Assembly: GCA_965603825.1 (NCBI GenBank)
Contig: CBFDEM010000004.1
Span: 682,001-746,000, forward strand
DNA: 64,000 nt
Direction of reading: 5' to 3'
Origin: Blepharisma stoltei ATCC 30299
Lineage: Eukaryota > Protista > Ciliophora
In this document: positions 48,249-60,378 of the stretch, one piece after another
Numbering within the stretch: the first letter of the stretch is position 1
Layout of the letters: each line of letters starts with the position of its first letter
Notes under the pieces: model-generated
Databases searched by the model: none
Seen by the model: the letters and a program-made list of their open reading frames with translations, nothing else
What the model was told of the DNA's origin: nothing
Made by a program: the position numbers and the translations under genes

Positions 48249-49118
48249 TTACTTCCTATTAGGCTTTGGAAAGCTTTGCTGAATTGCTTTAATCCACTCA
48301 TCATCTGTATTACCCTTTGAGCCTTTAGCAGCATTTGGAGGCGGCCCAATCGATTGAAAAGAGTCTTCTCCAGAAGATACAAGAATTGCTTGCGCATGGT
48401 CTTTTTGGCTTAATTTCCGTATAGGAGATCCAAACAAATGATATGACAAAACCATCCTTAAAGATCCAAGCAATTTCTGATCTTTACTAGACCAATAAAA
48501 AAGGCTAATCCCATTCTTATGGCAAAAATACCGTAGAGCTCTTGCCATTCATTTCCTATTTTCGCTTTCTTGATCACAAAATACATCATATTTTGTCGCT
48601 ATAACATAAACTGGAACGGGAATAGGCTCAAGCCTTGCAGAATCTTCATGCTTGCTTCATTTTTTTGTAATGCGTTTTTGGTATTTTTGGGCTTCTTTTG
48701 GAGGGAGATGTGATAAAATTTCACTAATTCGGTTTCTAATAATTTGCAGCCAGTATAAAAGAGAATCGATAACCTTATATGGATGTGAAAGATCAATAGC
48801 AATCACAATCATCAGCTCAGAAAGCGTTTCTGCAGTCATTGGAACTGACACTAAATTTGCAAGGAGACGGCCGCCGCCTAATTCATATATATAGCCAAGA
48901 TCACGAGTAGAGTTTATCCCAAGAGGCGCTCGAGCATAATAATATTCTAAAGCTACCGTAGGCCTTGGTTCTTCATTATTTGCGCTTTGTGATATCAAGT
49001 TATTAATCAAAGATGATTTCCCTGCCTTCCTTTCTCCAAGGACAAATATAGTTCTTTCACTGGTATTGGGGTCTTGAGATGAGCTTTGTTCAGATAAAGT
49101 TCATATGTCTGATATCAT
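48249..49118 (-). CDS. DYNC2LI1: Cytoplasmic dynein-2 light intermediate chain (retrograde IFT)
   Basis: DI[W]TL, GERKAGKSS, PTVALEYYYAR, YELGGG, IAIDLSHP, PVPVYVIATKYD, EDSFQSIG; three TGA=Trp. Confidence 0.88.
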
Positions 49119-50396
49119 TAACTTTATTTAAATGAGGTTTCACATTTTAGCAAAATTCATAATTATAGCTTTATATGCTATTTTGTTCTATAAATATAAG
49201 AGTCTTTTACTTGGAGTTTATTTTGTATTAAATAAATTCTTGGAAAATTAGATTTTATAATGAATTACTCAAGCGATTAATTTAAAGAAGAAAATGCCTT
49301 CTAATGAATTTTAAACAAATTTCAAGATTATATCGATGGCATAAATAATCAAGCTTAAGAGCATTCTCTTAATCATCTTCTAATGGCTCTCAAATTGGTA
49401 CTTGATAACTTGAAGGTGCAGACTTTAAGTTATGATCACCGTGACCTATGTATGACTCTTCATTTCAATTTACTCAAATATCACTGCCAAGTCCCAAGAT
49501 CATTTTATTCGGCTTTTGGAATTTTGCATAGAAATTGATTTAAACCTAATTGATTCAAACTTGCAGATAATACAGCTTTTGGGTCAATTAGAGATAATAA
49601 ATTCCAAGAGTTGATTTTCAGAATATATGACATAATCTGAAAAATAATTAGTTAGACCAAAAAAGAAGAAGGCATTTTCATTATCATAAACTCAGATCCG
49701 ATAAGCAAAGGATTAGAAAAACATTTTAGAATTACTCAGCCATAGAAACAAACCTAATAGAAAGAAGCTGAAAATATGTTGCTTGGCCGCTGATAAATGC
49801 AAAGGATTCTTTTTTGAATATTATCTACATATAATACACGAAGCCAATGAAATAGGCTTATCTACAATTTATTATGATATAAAAAGGGAGAAGAGCAATA
49901 AAGTGCCATGGATGCCAAAATGAGGAGAAATTTCGCCAAAATCTTCTCATTTACATCGAAAATTTTTCATAGAATTAATTCTTATTTCCCTATAAGTAAA
50001 ATCAAATTTAAATACTCTACAATCATCTACAAAATTAATATAAATAGCATTAAGACGAGCTGAAAAACAGCTTTTATTAGAGTTAAAAATTTATCAATAA
50101 GCTAAAATAGCTATTAAAATTCTGGATCTTCATCTTTAATAAAAAAATCTATATCTATTTTCAATAATCAGTTTTCATCAAATTTTGGTATCATTAATTT
50201 TCTAAAAGGGCAATAAGTTAATATACTAATTCCTTATATAGTTTAATTTAAACATTTTTACAGCAAGATTAAATAAAAAAAGGCTTAATCAAAAATTATA
50301 TAGGCTATAAGTTTAATTTTAATAAATTAATTTCAAAACAGCTTTAATTTTTTTATTAAAATCAAATTTCATGAATCTAATTTTTAAATTTAAAAT

Positions 50397-52520
50397 ATGA
50401 AGAAAGAGGGACTCAGAGGAAACTATCGATTATTAAAACGAAAACCAAAGCAAAGGGAATGCCTATCTGAGCTGTCTCTAAATAATATCGAAAATCGAAG
50501 TCAGCAGAAAGGTAAAGAAATTACGCAAAAGAAATGCTTCAGGCCTTTTGATGCTCTTCCAACAGAAATCCTGATTTATATTTTTGATTTTTTCTCAGCA
50601 AAAGACTTAGTGATGAAAATTCAATTAGTCTCTAAATTATGAAGGCAGCTAGCCAATACTCCAATGCTATGGAAGAACTTGGAATCAAAACAAATAGAGA
50701 TGAAATGGATGGTGAGATGCATAAAATGCTTAGTCGAGCGAAGATCCAAAGGAAAGCTCTTTAGAGGAATTCTAAGAAGCCTAGATGCCCCTGTGATGCT
50801 CAGAAAAGTGTATTTAGATGTAACAAACGCTGGATATGATGATGGAGTGCCCACTTCCTTATTGAGAGAAATCAGTTACCTATCAGAACTCTCACACCCA
50901 AATGTTGTTAAGCTCATTGGCGGAGAAGTCTCGGGCAAAGTAGTCTACATCTGCACAGACTATGAAGAATACAACCTGAAAGAATATATTAAAACCTCTA
51001 CATCTGATAAGAATAAAATTTCAAATGAAAATGTTCGAGATCTAATCAGGCAGCTATTCGTAGGACTTCAATATATCCACAACAAAGGAATTGTCCATAG
51101 AAACCTAAAGCCTGACAATATTCTTATATCAGGCTCAGGAACAGTAAAAATTGCTGATTTTACTTTGTCAAGGCTAACGTCAATTCCTCATGGCCAATAC
51201 ACTCCAGAAGATCCAAAAGAAAGAGATAGGTCAGGAAGAGAAGCAAGGAGACTATGGTATAGAGCTCCTGAACTGTTATTCCGCAAAGACATATATGGTT
51301 TTGAGGTAGATGTATGAACTGTTGGATGCTTAATGGCAGAGTTAATAACTGGCCAAGCATTATTCAACGGCGAAAGCGAAATTGAACAATTGTTCAAAAT
51401 TTTTAAAGTGACAGGAGTTCCTTCTGATATTTACCCTATTCAGGCAAAATCGTTCCCAAGCTGAACACCTATTAACTTCCCTGATGTTATAGCTCTAAAA
51501 AATTCAAAAACATTTAAAAATGTTTTTGCGAAACTCGTACCTGCAAGAGAGCAAATTTTTACAGTACTAAGGGAAATGGGAAAAATCATTGGAGAAGATG
51601 GGCTTGATTTATTGCAGAAATGTTTGGATCCAAACCCTGCAACACGAATAACAGCTGCTAAGGCTTTAAGCCACCCATTTTTAGCATCTCAATCCCCTCA
51701 AATATTGTGCCCTTCTTTTGAGTTTGAAATCCCAAATTATATAGCCCAGCTCCATGCTTTAGAATCTGAGCTGCTTCCTTCGAACTATTTGAATTCTCAA
51801 TCAAATATAAGCCACTCTATGAGAAGTATACTGATTGATTGGCTTATCGATGTAAGTGTCCATTTTGAGGTTAACGATGAAACTCTTCATCTTGCTGTCA
51901 GCTATATAGATCGAGTACTAGGCAAGTTGGCTATTGATAGATCTAAGCTTCAGCTTGTCGGAGTAACTTGTATGAAAATAGCTGATGTTTTCCATGAAAG
52001 ATCTAAAGAATATTATCGGCAAGAAAATTCAATTGAATACGCTTACATTACAGCAGATGAATATTCCCCATCTCAAGTAGTTACAATGGAAAAAGATATT
52101 TTAAATCTTCTGAAATTCAGGCTACTGTCTCCAACTATTTTATTTTTCATGAAAGCTTATCAATCATTACTAAATGTTGACCAAGAGACTTATAGAATTG
52201 CTCAATATTTATCAGACCTGATGCTCCTATCTTATGATAGCATTTTTTGCGCTCCTTCTCTATTAGCCTCTGCAATCCTATATATAAGCTGTGCTTTTAC
52301 TCAAAGATTTGTAGAATTCCAAGACAAAAAATTATTTTTCCCAAAATACTCAAATGAAGAATTTGAGCATGCAGTTCAGCATGTAAAAGAGATCTGGCTT
52401 GAGGCTAGAAGCAATCCTCAATATACAAGGCTTGAGTCAATAAATCACAAATACCAAGATATCAATCCTAAGTCATTGTGGCCTCCAACTCTTTTGTTTG
52501 AAAATTGGATATACAGCTAA
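50397..52520 (+). CDS. F-box + CDK-like pseudokinase + cyclin (A/B-type box) fusion protein, 707 aa
   Basis: Three ORFs in one frame joined by three TGA=Trp. F-box [12 protein letters not shown]...LVSKL[W]; [24 protein letters not shown][W][16 protein letters not shown]; cyclin MRSILIDWL...KLQLVGVTC. Confidence 0.92.
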
Positions 52521-52550
52521 TTTTATAAAATAAATTTTATTATGCAGTAA

Positions 52551-53291
52551 TTATGAATTAATTGATGTGTGGCAAATTGGGCAATGGGGATTAGAGATTA
52601 ATCAGCCGTCAATGCATTCGGGATGAAATTTGTGCCCGCATTTTTCGAGGGTTTTTGAATTTGTATTGGTTTTTATTAGACTGATACAAATTGAGCAGAG
52701 ATGGTCAGAGTTGGTATTGGGGATTGGGATATTCTGAGTAGAAGTTACGATTTCTTCTGAAGGAAGGGTATTTTGGATTTCATCATTATGGCGATGGCTG
52801 TAGATCTCTTGCTCAGCAGCGTATGATTGATTTATTATCATTTCTAGTTGCATTTGTTCATATTCTTCATCTCTATATTGTTCCTGCATTATATTGGTTT
52901 GCAGTATCCTTAATAGCTGCCTTGGATTAATTCTCCTCCTTCGTCTATTACGCTGTTTTAATTCTTCGTTTTCACTTTTGAGATTTTTTATAAGTTCTTT
53001 TTGCTTCCCGATTTGAACTCTGACTTGAGCTATATGCTAAATATATTTTACATTTCTTTGTTTTCTATCTAATTCCCTTATCTCTTCCAATAATATTTTA
53101 AAATCTTTATTTTCTGTCGAATCCATCGTCACTTCACTTGGCTTTTCGGTCTCAATAGATCCCATTTGCGATTTTCAATCTGAAACTATTGACTGCGATT
53201 TCCTAACACGCTGCCTATTTTTTCCTACTTGTGCTGTAAACCGCGAATTAGACGATTTATTTCGAATTCGGAAATCCGGAGATTTCTCCAT
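52551..53291 (-). CDS. Coiled-coil + C-terminal RING-H2 E3 ligase; one intron
   Basis: CSIC...CGHKFHPECIDG[W]LISNPHCPIC; intron 53037-53051. Confidence 0.82.
53037..53051 (-). other. 15-nt intron
   Basis: gtaaaatatatttag; contains an in-frame TAG. Confidence 0.82.
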
Positions 53292-53377
53292 GTTTATGAC
53301 TTATTTTAAGATATAATACTGAAAATAAATAAACAAATTTAGCAGAATGTCAAATTAAATGGAATTAAGTTATAAAT

Positions 53378-54139
53378 ATGCTCAAAGTTCTTGTGGGTGC
53401 TAAAAGAGTTATTGATGCCTATGCCAAAGTTCGTTTACTCCCTGATAACTCAGGTGTTGATCTCAGTACAGTGAAGATGGCCATGAACCCTTTTTGTGAA
53501 ATTGCTGTTGAAGAGGCAGTCAGATTGAAAGAATCAGGAAAAGCATCAGAGGTTACTGTATTAACTATTGGTCCTAAACAAGCTTCTGATGTCCTAAGAG
53601 CTGCACTCGCAATGGGAGCAGATAAAGCTGTTCACGTTCACGTTGAAGAAAGAATTGATAGAGATATTCTCCCATTAAGCATTGCACAAATTTTCAGAGC
53701 ACTTATAGCAAGAGATAACTACAGTTTAGTCCTTCTTGGAAAACAGTCAATTGATTCAGATAGTAACCAAGTCGGACAGCTGTTAGCTGGGCTACTTAAC
53801 TGGCCTCAGGCAACTTTTCTAAATAAATTAGAAATCAACCAAACAGTAAGGGCAACGCGTGAAATAGATGGTGGGTTACAGACTATAGAGTTCCCTCCTC
53901 CTGCTGTTTTAACGTGTGATTTAAGACTAAATACCCCTAGATTTACAGCAATCCCTTCAATAATGAAAGCTAAGAAAAAACCATTGGAAACATTAACCCC
54001 TGACAAGCTTGGTGTAGACTTAACTCCTGGCTACCAAACACTGTCTGTTGAGCCTCCAGACAAGAGAAAAGCAGGAATAAAGGTAGAAAGCGTTGATCAG
54101 CTCCTTGACAAGCTCCGCAATGAAGCCAAAGTAATATAA
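53378..54139 (+). CDS. ETFB: Electron transfer flavoprotein beta subunit
   Basis: KRVID, MNPFCEIAVEEA, GKQSID, REIDGG, DLRLNTPR. Confidence 0.96.
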   Translation: MLKVLVGAKRVIDAYAKVRLLPDNSGVDLSTVKMAMNPFCEIAVEEAVRLKESGKASEVTVLTIGPKQASDVLRAALAMGADKAVHVHVEERIDRDILPLSIAQIFRALIARDNYSLVLLGKQSIDSDSNQVGQLLAGLLNWPQATFLNKLEINQTVRATREIDGGLQTIEFPPPAVLTCDLRLNTPRFTAIPSIMKAKKKPLETLTPDKLGVDLTPGYQTLSVEPPDKRKAGIKVESVDQLLDKLRNEAKVI

Positions 54140-55160
54140 AGGAGCTTAATTTCAAATAGAAGTAATAAAATGGTAGGAATATTCCATATGTTTATTCTCA
54201 GCAATCTATTTGCTTTCTACATTTTTGTTAGAAGGTTAAAATGCTTTATTTTGGTTTCCCTGACCAAATTGTTTCTTTGAGCTAGTAAAAATTTGATTTT
54301 ATATTAGTATCTTTGCAGAATCTAAAAATTAAATTCGAATATAACTTCAAAAAAAACTAAAAATGTCAAAAATATGTGAAAACACTCAAGTTTGTATCAC
54401 ATAAAGGATAGAATGCTACTGAGTACACAATGAATGCAATTGCTATATTTTTAAATTTCAATTTTCTATTATAATTATTTTATGATATTTTGGGCATAAA
54501 GATCAAATAAAGAGAAACAGCTTTTAAAACTGATTGACGAAATAGATGGCATTATTAGAGTGTATTTTATGAATCTACTGACGGCGTGAATCATTTAGAA
54601 GGCTTTTATATTCCTTTGATATCATAGGAAATTGTAAATTTCAAATAAATTCGTGCTAATAAATAATTGAATAAAAATATTTAATATACACATTTCTAGA
54701 ATTCTCTATAAATATTTTTTTATACCTCAAATTTAGTCAACTAGTATTCTTAAGAATTCTTCTCCAGAAGTGAGAGTCAAAAGAAATTAATTCTCTTATT
54801 GAGTCTTAATTTAAAAACAATTACCAAGTATAATTAATTCTGAGTAAAATCATGCAGAGATACTTTATATCTTATTCATATCTTGTGTATTGTACCACTT
54901 ATTAATAAAACCTCAGAGCTGGGATCAAAATTTTGATTTTTTCTTTTAGCCGACTATATATTTAATTGCAAATCACGATTTATTAACAAAAAATGCAATA
55001 TCATCTGGCTTAATTTATTAATGTAACGCATTATATCAATCAACGGGCTTGCAATCAATTAGCATTCCCTTAAATAGTTTCTAAAGATTCTTTGCTTAAT
55101 TTAAAAAAAATCTGAGATTCTGTTCAGTAAATTCATTAAATGACTGCCATATTATAAAAA

Positions 55161-55673
55161 ATGTTTAAAGATTTTCAAGGTTATTCAACTCCTCAGGTTC
55201 GAGCTTATTCCACAATTGAAGAATTTATGAATCGGCAGCGTAGGGCATCATTGAATGCTTGCATTCCATTGAATGAATTTATGAGTCCTCATAGTATGGA
55301 TGAATCCCCACTTCTCCAGATAACAAATCATCTTGCTATAAGAAGATTCTCAATTGAATTTCTTCCAGACTCAAACGATAACTTTCCGTCGCAACTTCAT
55401 AAAAAGCTCTTTCCTGACCATTCTCCAAAGCAATATATTATTAATATAGTTCCAAGCGATATCATGGAAGAGGCTGGAAGACTAGGATGGGACCCTTTAT
55501 GAGGCGACGTCGTTAATAACGATTTTCCAACCTCTTCGAATGATCCTGAATACAATAGTTTGGTTAAAAACAACTTTGAAAATAATAATGACATTCCCAA
55601 AGGTGCAGTTATTAGGACTAAATATAGAAAAAAGCTTCCTGGATCTTCTAATAATGAAGAATTCGCCAACTAA
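55161..55673 (+). CDS. Uncharacterised protein
   Basis: ORF extended through TGA 55500-55502 to TAA 55671-55673. Confidence 0.6.
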
Positions 55674-55748
55674 TCGCTGTAAATAACTTTAATTTAACTT
55701 TATTTGTATAAATAAGCTTATATGGATTAAATGATTAAAAATATCTTC

Positions 55749-57041
55749 TTAAACCCTGCAAACATAAGAACTTGACTGTGTCACATATCTCACCCATCTG
55801 CATGGAGATGATACCTTTCCTTGATCAGCAATTCTCAGGTATTTAACTTGCAAATTCGATACATTGAACATTGGTATTTCAAAATTCATTGAAATTGGGC
55901 CGATTTCTTTAGAACCTGAAGGTGAAGCTAAGCTTACTTTTATTTTAACTGCATATTCCGCCCCACCTGGAAATTTCTTTATTGTCCACTCAGCAATTTT
56001 ATCTTGGTCTCTATACTCAGACTGCTGCGCACTTAGCCCTTTTGGCATTTCAAATGCCACAGAAGATGAGCTTTTTGGTAAGTTCACTCTTACAGCTACA
56101 TTAGATCCATACTGGGTTTCAGGAAAGCATGATTTAACCTTCACCAGCAGCTCCAGCTTATACGGAGTCAGCACTTCCACAAATGGGAAAATCCTAAAAG
56201 GTGTCTGATAATCCCCTCTAATCCTATAATTCATGACTACAAATTCTCCATCAGGAGGATTTATAGTTAAAATTTTGAACTCATTAAACTCATTCGAATT
56301 GACACATTCATGAAAGTTGCAGTCATCTAGGACAGTGCTTCCATAGTTTCCATTATTTCTTCCTATCACTAAATCATCATTTAAAGCCAGTCTCAGCTGT
56401 GGGTTGTTTTTTAAGTACGATTTCATTTGAATGCAGCCATCAATAGCTGAGTTTAGAATGTATCCATTTGAGTTGAATAATACTGAAACTTTTTCTAAAA
56501 TGTCTACGAAAATCTCATTTTTCTGCTTCTTTGAGCTGTTTGTGGGAATCGGTCTTTGGCGCTCTGTATAGGAGACTGTATTTGGAGTTAGAAATCCAGG
56601 GGTAAATCTTGGAGTAGACTGTTCTACAGCGACAGCGTCATTTACAATAAAAGGTCTTACTTGTTCAGTAGATGTGCTTTGAGGGTACCCATAATCCATC
56701 ATTTCATCAATGATTTCATATACAAGAACAAAATTTTTCCTGATAGCTTCTTCTGTCAGAACTCCACAGAAGTCTTTTATCACTGTAACCAGCCTATAAA
56801 GCATCTCAAATACAAACGAGGGGGAAATATTGTGAAGAGAGGTAGCTACCAAATATAGTCCACTTCGCTTTATGTGCAAGAAATTTATTCCTTCAATATT
56901 GAATACTGGAGGAGGATCTCCTTTCCAAAACCTGGCTCTCCTGAAAAAGATTTCATTTGTGCCTTTAATAAGGTCTCCTCGGAAGTCTCTTGTTATGATT
57001 GTATCGCCACGTGCAGAAAGAAGGAAAAGTTGAGATATCAT
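55749..57041 (-). CDS. AP4M1: AP-4 adaptor complex mu subunit
   Basis: MISQLFLLSARGD..ITRDFRGD, LDDCNFHECV, PPDGEF, RWVRYVTQSSSYVCRV. Confidence 0.88.
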   Translation of the reverse strand: MISQLFLLSARGDTIITRDFRGDLIKGTNEIFFRRARFWKGDPPPVFNIEGINFLHIKRSGLYLVATSLHNISPSFVFEMLYRLVTVIKDFCGVLTEEAIRKNFVLVYEIIDEMMDYGYPQSTSTEQVRPFIVNDAVAVEQSTPRFTPGFLTPNTVSYTERQRPIPTNSSKKQKNEIFVDILEKVSVLFNSNGYILNSAIDGCIQMKSYLKNNPQLRLALNDDLVIGRNNGNYGSTVLDDCNFHECVNSNEFNEFKILTINPPDGEFVVMNYRIRGDYQTPFRIFPFVEVLTPYKLELLVKVKSCFPETQYGSNVAVRVNLPKSSSSVAFEMPKGLSAQQSEYRDQDKIAEWTIKKFPGGAEYAVKIKVSLASPSGSKEIGPISMNFEIPMFNVSNLQVKYLRIADQGKVSSPCRWVRYVTQSSSYVCRV

Positions 57042-57157
57042 TTTAATACTCTAAAATGTCTGCAAATCTTCATGATTATAATAAAACCTTGATTTAATGT
57101 TCAAGAACTTTAAAAAATACTTATGGGTTATATAGAAATTCATTTTACAAGGATAAT

Positions 57158-58219
57158 TTAATGAAATGTTGTTCTTGAGTATTGTTGTCTACACACTGGA
57201 CAATGATGTTCTTTATGTATATCAAAATATTCAAAACCTTCTATACATTTTGAATGAAATACATGAGAACAAGACAGCACGCATTTTTCTCTTCTGTCAT
57301 GAAAAGATTGCAAGCAGATGGCGCACTCTTTATCATTTCTAATTAATGCTTGATGCTTAATATGCTCCCATTCTTCCGAATTTTCTCTATTTTGCTGTGC
57401 TTGAGAACCAGTTCTTGCTTGCTGCCGCTGAAAAGCTTGAAAAACTTGTCGAGAAGCCTCCTGCTGCTCATCAAGCTGCCTGAATAAGAATTCAATAGAC
57501 CTTTCTCTCCTATCCATGTCCTCTGTCAATTTGTCAGTCAATCCATGCAACTGCTGTCCAAAATATTTTCTCCTAACTAAAGGATGCTGAGGAGGGTTCA
57601 ATCTGAGATGTTCCATATAAGCTTTTCGCGCTCTGTAGCCTCTATAATAAGCTTGTATCTTTATAGCGCACTGTTCCCTATAAAACTCTTCAGTTTTATG
57701 ATAATTCTTCTTTTCATAAGAATTTCTTCTGCAGATGGGGCATACTTTGATTTTTGCGTATTTTTCGAAACTTTGTAAGCATTGCTTATGAAAAACGTGA
57801 GTACAGCTTAAAATGACACTAGAAGCCCTCCCAAACACTTCTTGGCAAATTGGACAGCATCCTTTGTGTTCTCCTCTTGACTGTGCTTTTTGCTCCACCC
57901 TAAGTCATTGATCTTCATTTAGAGGTGCCGCTGGTTTTTCAATTAACCCCAGTCTCTGTGCAAGTGTCAGTTTATTTTGAAAATTTTGGGCTCTTTGCCT
58001 TATTTCTTCTATATCGCTATCATGAGGCTTGCTTTTCAAATGATTTTTCCTATCATTTACGATTTTTCTTCCAAATGATGCAAGAGGATTTGATTTCGGC
58101 TTCACAGTTGAGGGTTGAAGTTCAACATTATTAAATCCCAGAGATCTTAATAAATGGTCTTGCAGAGCTGCTGCATTTATTGCACTAGAAGAAGGCTCTT
58201 TATATTTACTTGGTCGCAT
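57158..58219 (-). CDS. RNF32: RNF32-like RING-IQ-RING protein
   Basis: AAALQDHL, LTLAQRLGL..PL..Q[TGA=W], two RING-H2 domains flanking IQAYYRGYRARK. Confidence 0.88.
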
Positions 58220-58252
58220 ATTTGTTAATCATAAAAATACAATTTAAACTAA

Positions 58253-59209
58253 TTATAAAGATGGTTCTTTGCTTATAACTGAGCTGAATCGCAATCGTGA
58301 TTGAGCAAGACTTTCATATAAATCCCTTGGCGAACTCTCAAAGCTCTCCAAAAGGTTATCCTGCATAATATTTACACGTTTATCTATAGGTGTCGGCTTC
58401 ATGCTGTTCCAAAAAACATAGAGACATGCTGTGATAGGTAAATAATGAGAAATCACCCTTGTCATGGCAAATAAAAAAATATTTAAGCTTTGGTTTCCAT
58501 CAAAATATTCATTGCAATTAGGCTTTGTATTTATAAAGTAATAAATATTGTTGAAAAAACTAGCTGTGCTTGAAGTAAAGATGATCATTAGTAAATACCT
58601 AATTAGATTTCACCATAATTGTTTCTCTTTGTCTAGATTTGTAATAAAAATCGTTGAAGTGCTAACAATTCTGAGCTGCTTTCTTGTTCTGATCCCAATC
58701 ATAAGAAAAACAGAAGTTAAGACAAAGCTGTTGGATCTCATATAAAGCCAAAGCCCTGTTCTGCAGCTGTATATGTCTTTATCATTAAACTGTTCAATTA
58801 CGAAATAAAGAGCGCAGCCTGATAAATATAAAAAATTGAACCCAAGCAAGCAGGATCCAAGTCTATCAATTCGACTTAAATGCCCGACAAGCGAGTATAC
58901 TTGGAAAGAAAAGTAGTAACAGATGCTAGTGTAGAAAACGAACTGCATATATTCCATAAGCATGTACAGGATATTATAATCATCTCCCACTATTAAATAA
59001 TGAGTTGTCATCACTAGGCACTGGGCAGAAGTGACACAAAGAACTAATAGATGACGCTTAATTGTTTTTTCGGTGTGTCGAATATAATAAACAATTTGGA
59101 AAATCTAAATTAAGGGTACTGTAAAAGTGAAAATAGAGAATGAAACTGCTGCAAATAAATATAAACATACACACCAGCTCACTCCGAATTGACTCCAGCA
59201 AGTCTCCAT
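58253..59209 (-). CDS. Multi-pass (about 7 TM) membrane protein; two introns
   Basis: ATG 59209. Introns 59105-59119 and 58599-58613 join hydrophobic ORFs. Confidence 0.72.
58599..58613 (-). other. 15-nt intron (stop-free under UGA=Trp)
   Basis: gtgaaatctaattag; A at position 10. Confidence 0.6.
59105..59119 (-). other. 15-nt intron
   Basis: gtacccttaatttag; contains an in-frame TAG. Confidence 0.82.
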
Positions 59210-59647
59210 TATTATAATCTACATCATCAAATATTTTGATAAATGGAAAGTGATCAAATTACTTTGCTCATTTTTTAGCTTATTCGGTTATGAAACCATC
59301 AAAATATGCCATTAAAATTAGATTTTCATTAAATCTTTGAAGGCCCTGAAACTGTAAAACATTTTTGATAAAATCGTGAATATGATAAAATGAGAAATTT
59401 AAGAAAAATTGTAAAATTTTTTTAAAGTTAAGAATTAATTATATATTTGAATTAGATCTCTAATTTTATCTCATTAATAATAAATTTATTTAATTTTTAA
59501 CTTAGCTTGGTTTTTTTATTGAACGAAAAAGAATAATTTGCACACCTCAAAATTAGGAAATCCATAAATTTGAATTATTCGATTTTATTTATATCTGTTT
59601 TACTTAGATATCTACTGAATTTATAAATCTCAACCTTCTTTGCAAGA

Positions 59648-60031
59648 TTACATATGTGGAAAAGTGTCTAATAACAAATTGGTAGCAATTGCTCTCTTGT
59701 TAATAAAAGTTACTGAACCTCGATGTTGCCTCGAAGTATAGTTAATTCTTGGACTGGGCAAAATGTCGATTCCGTGGTTAGCCTTGATGCACCTCGGTGT
59801 TCTTAGATCTCCATGATCAAAACTGAAGGAAATGTCGGCTAAACTTTGAGTTTCTGCTCGTTTCCTCAAGCGAGGGGATAAATAATCGCTTTTGTTCACA
59901 TTTGACGAAGGAATTCGTAGTTTTGGTATATGCTTGGGAGACTCACAGAAAGATAACTGTGGGACTGGTTGGGTATCTTGGAGGTTTAACCTTGTCATTG
60001 GTTTCCGCCTAGGATTAATTGTTTGTTCCAT
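59648..60031 (-). CDS. Uncharacterised small basic protein
   Basis: 127-aa ORF, GC-richer than its flanks, with SP/TP motifs. Confidence 0.65.
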   Translation of the reverse strand: MEQTINPRRKPMTRLNLQDTQPVPQLSFCESPKHIPKLRIPSSNVNKSDYLSPRLRKRAETQSLADISFSFDHGDLRTPRCIKANHGIDILPSPRINYTSRQHRGSVTFINKRAIATNLLLDTFPHM

Positions 60032-60378
60032 TTTATTGTTCTGCTAGTAGAGAATTTAAGAGATGAAAACTGAGTATGATTTATTAGGTGGAAACGGGAG
60101 AATATAAAGAGATTGAAAAAATGAAATAAAGATAAGAAAACAGAAATTGAGGTATTATATAAGGATTCTGGTAAAAATAGAGAAGTGTGCAAATTTGGAT
60201 ACGGTAAATGGATTATCTCCAGTAAGAAATTATATATTGATTGAATAAATGTATAAAAATCATTTGATTGCTAATCATAGATAATCACTGAAAAATTAAA
60301 TATAAACTCAAAGTAAAAATAACCAATATTAGATAATTCTATGCCTTTCAAAATTACAAGAGTTAATGCCATATAAAT

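Noticed and set aside
49651-49665. 15-nt GT-AG (gttagaccaaaaaag) that would remove the TAG at 49653
   Set aside because: Atypical GTT donor, and the frame still closes at about 49745, so no credible gene is rescued.
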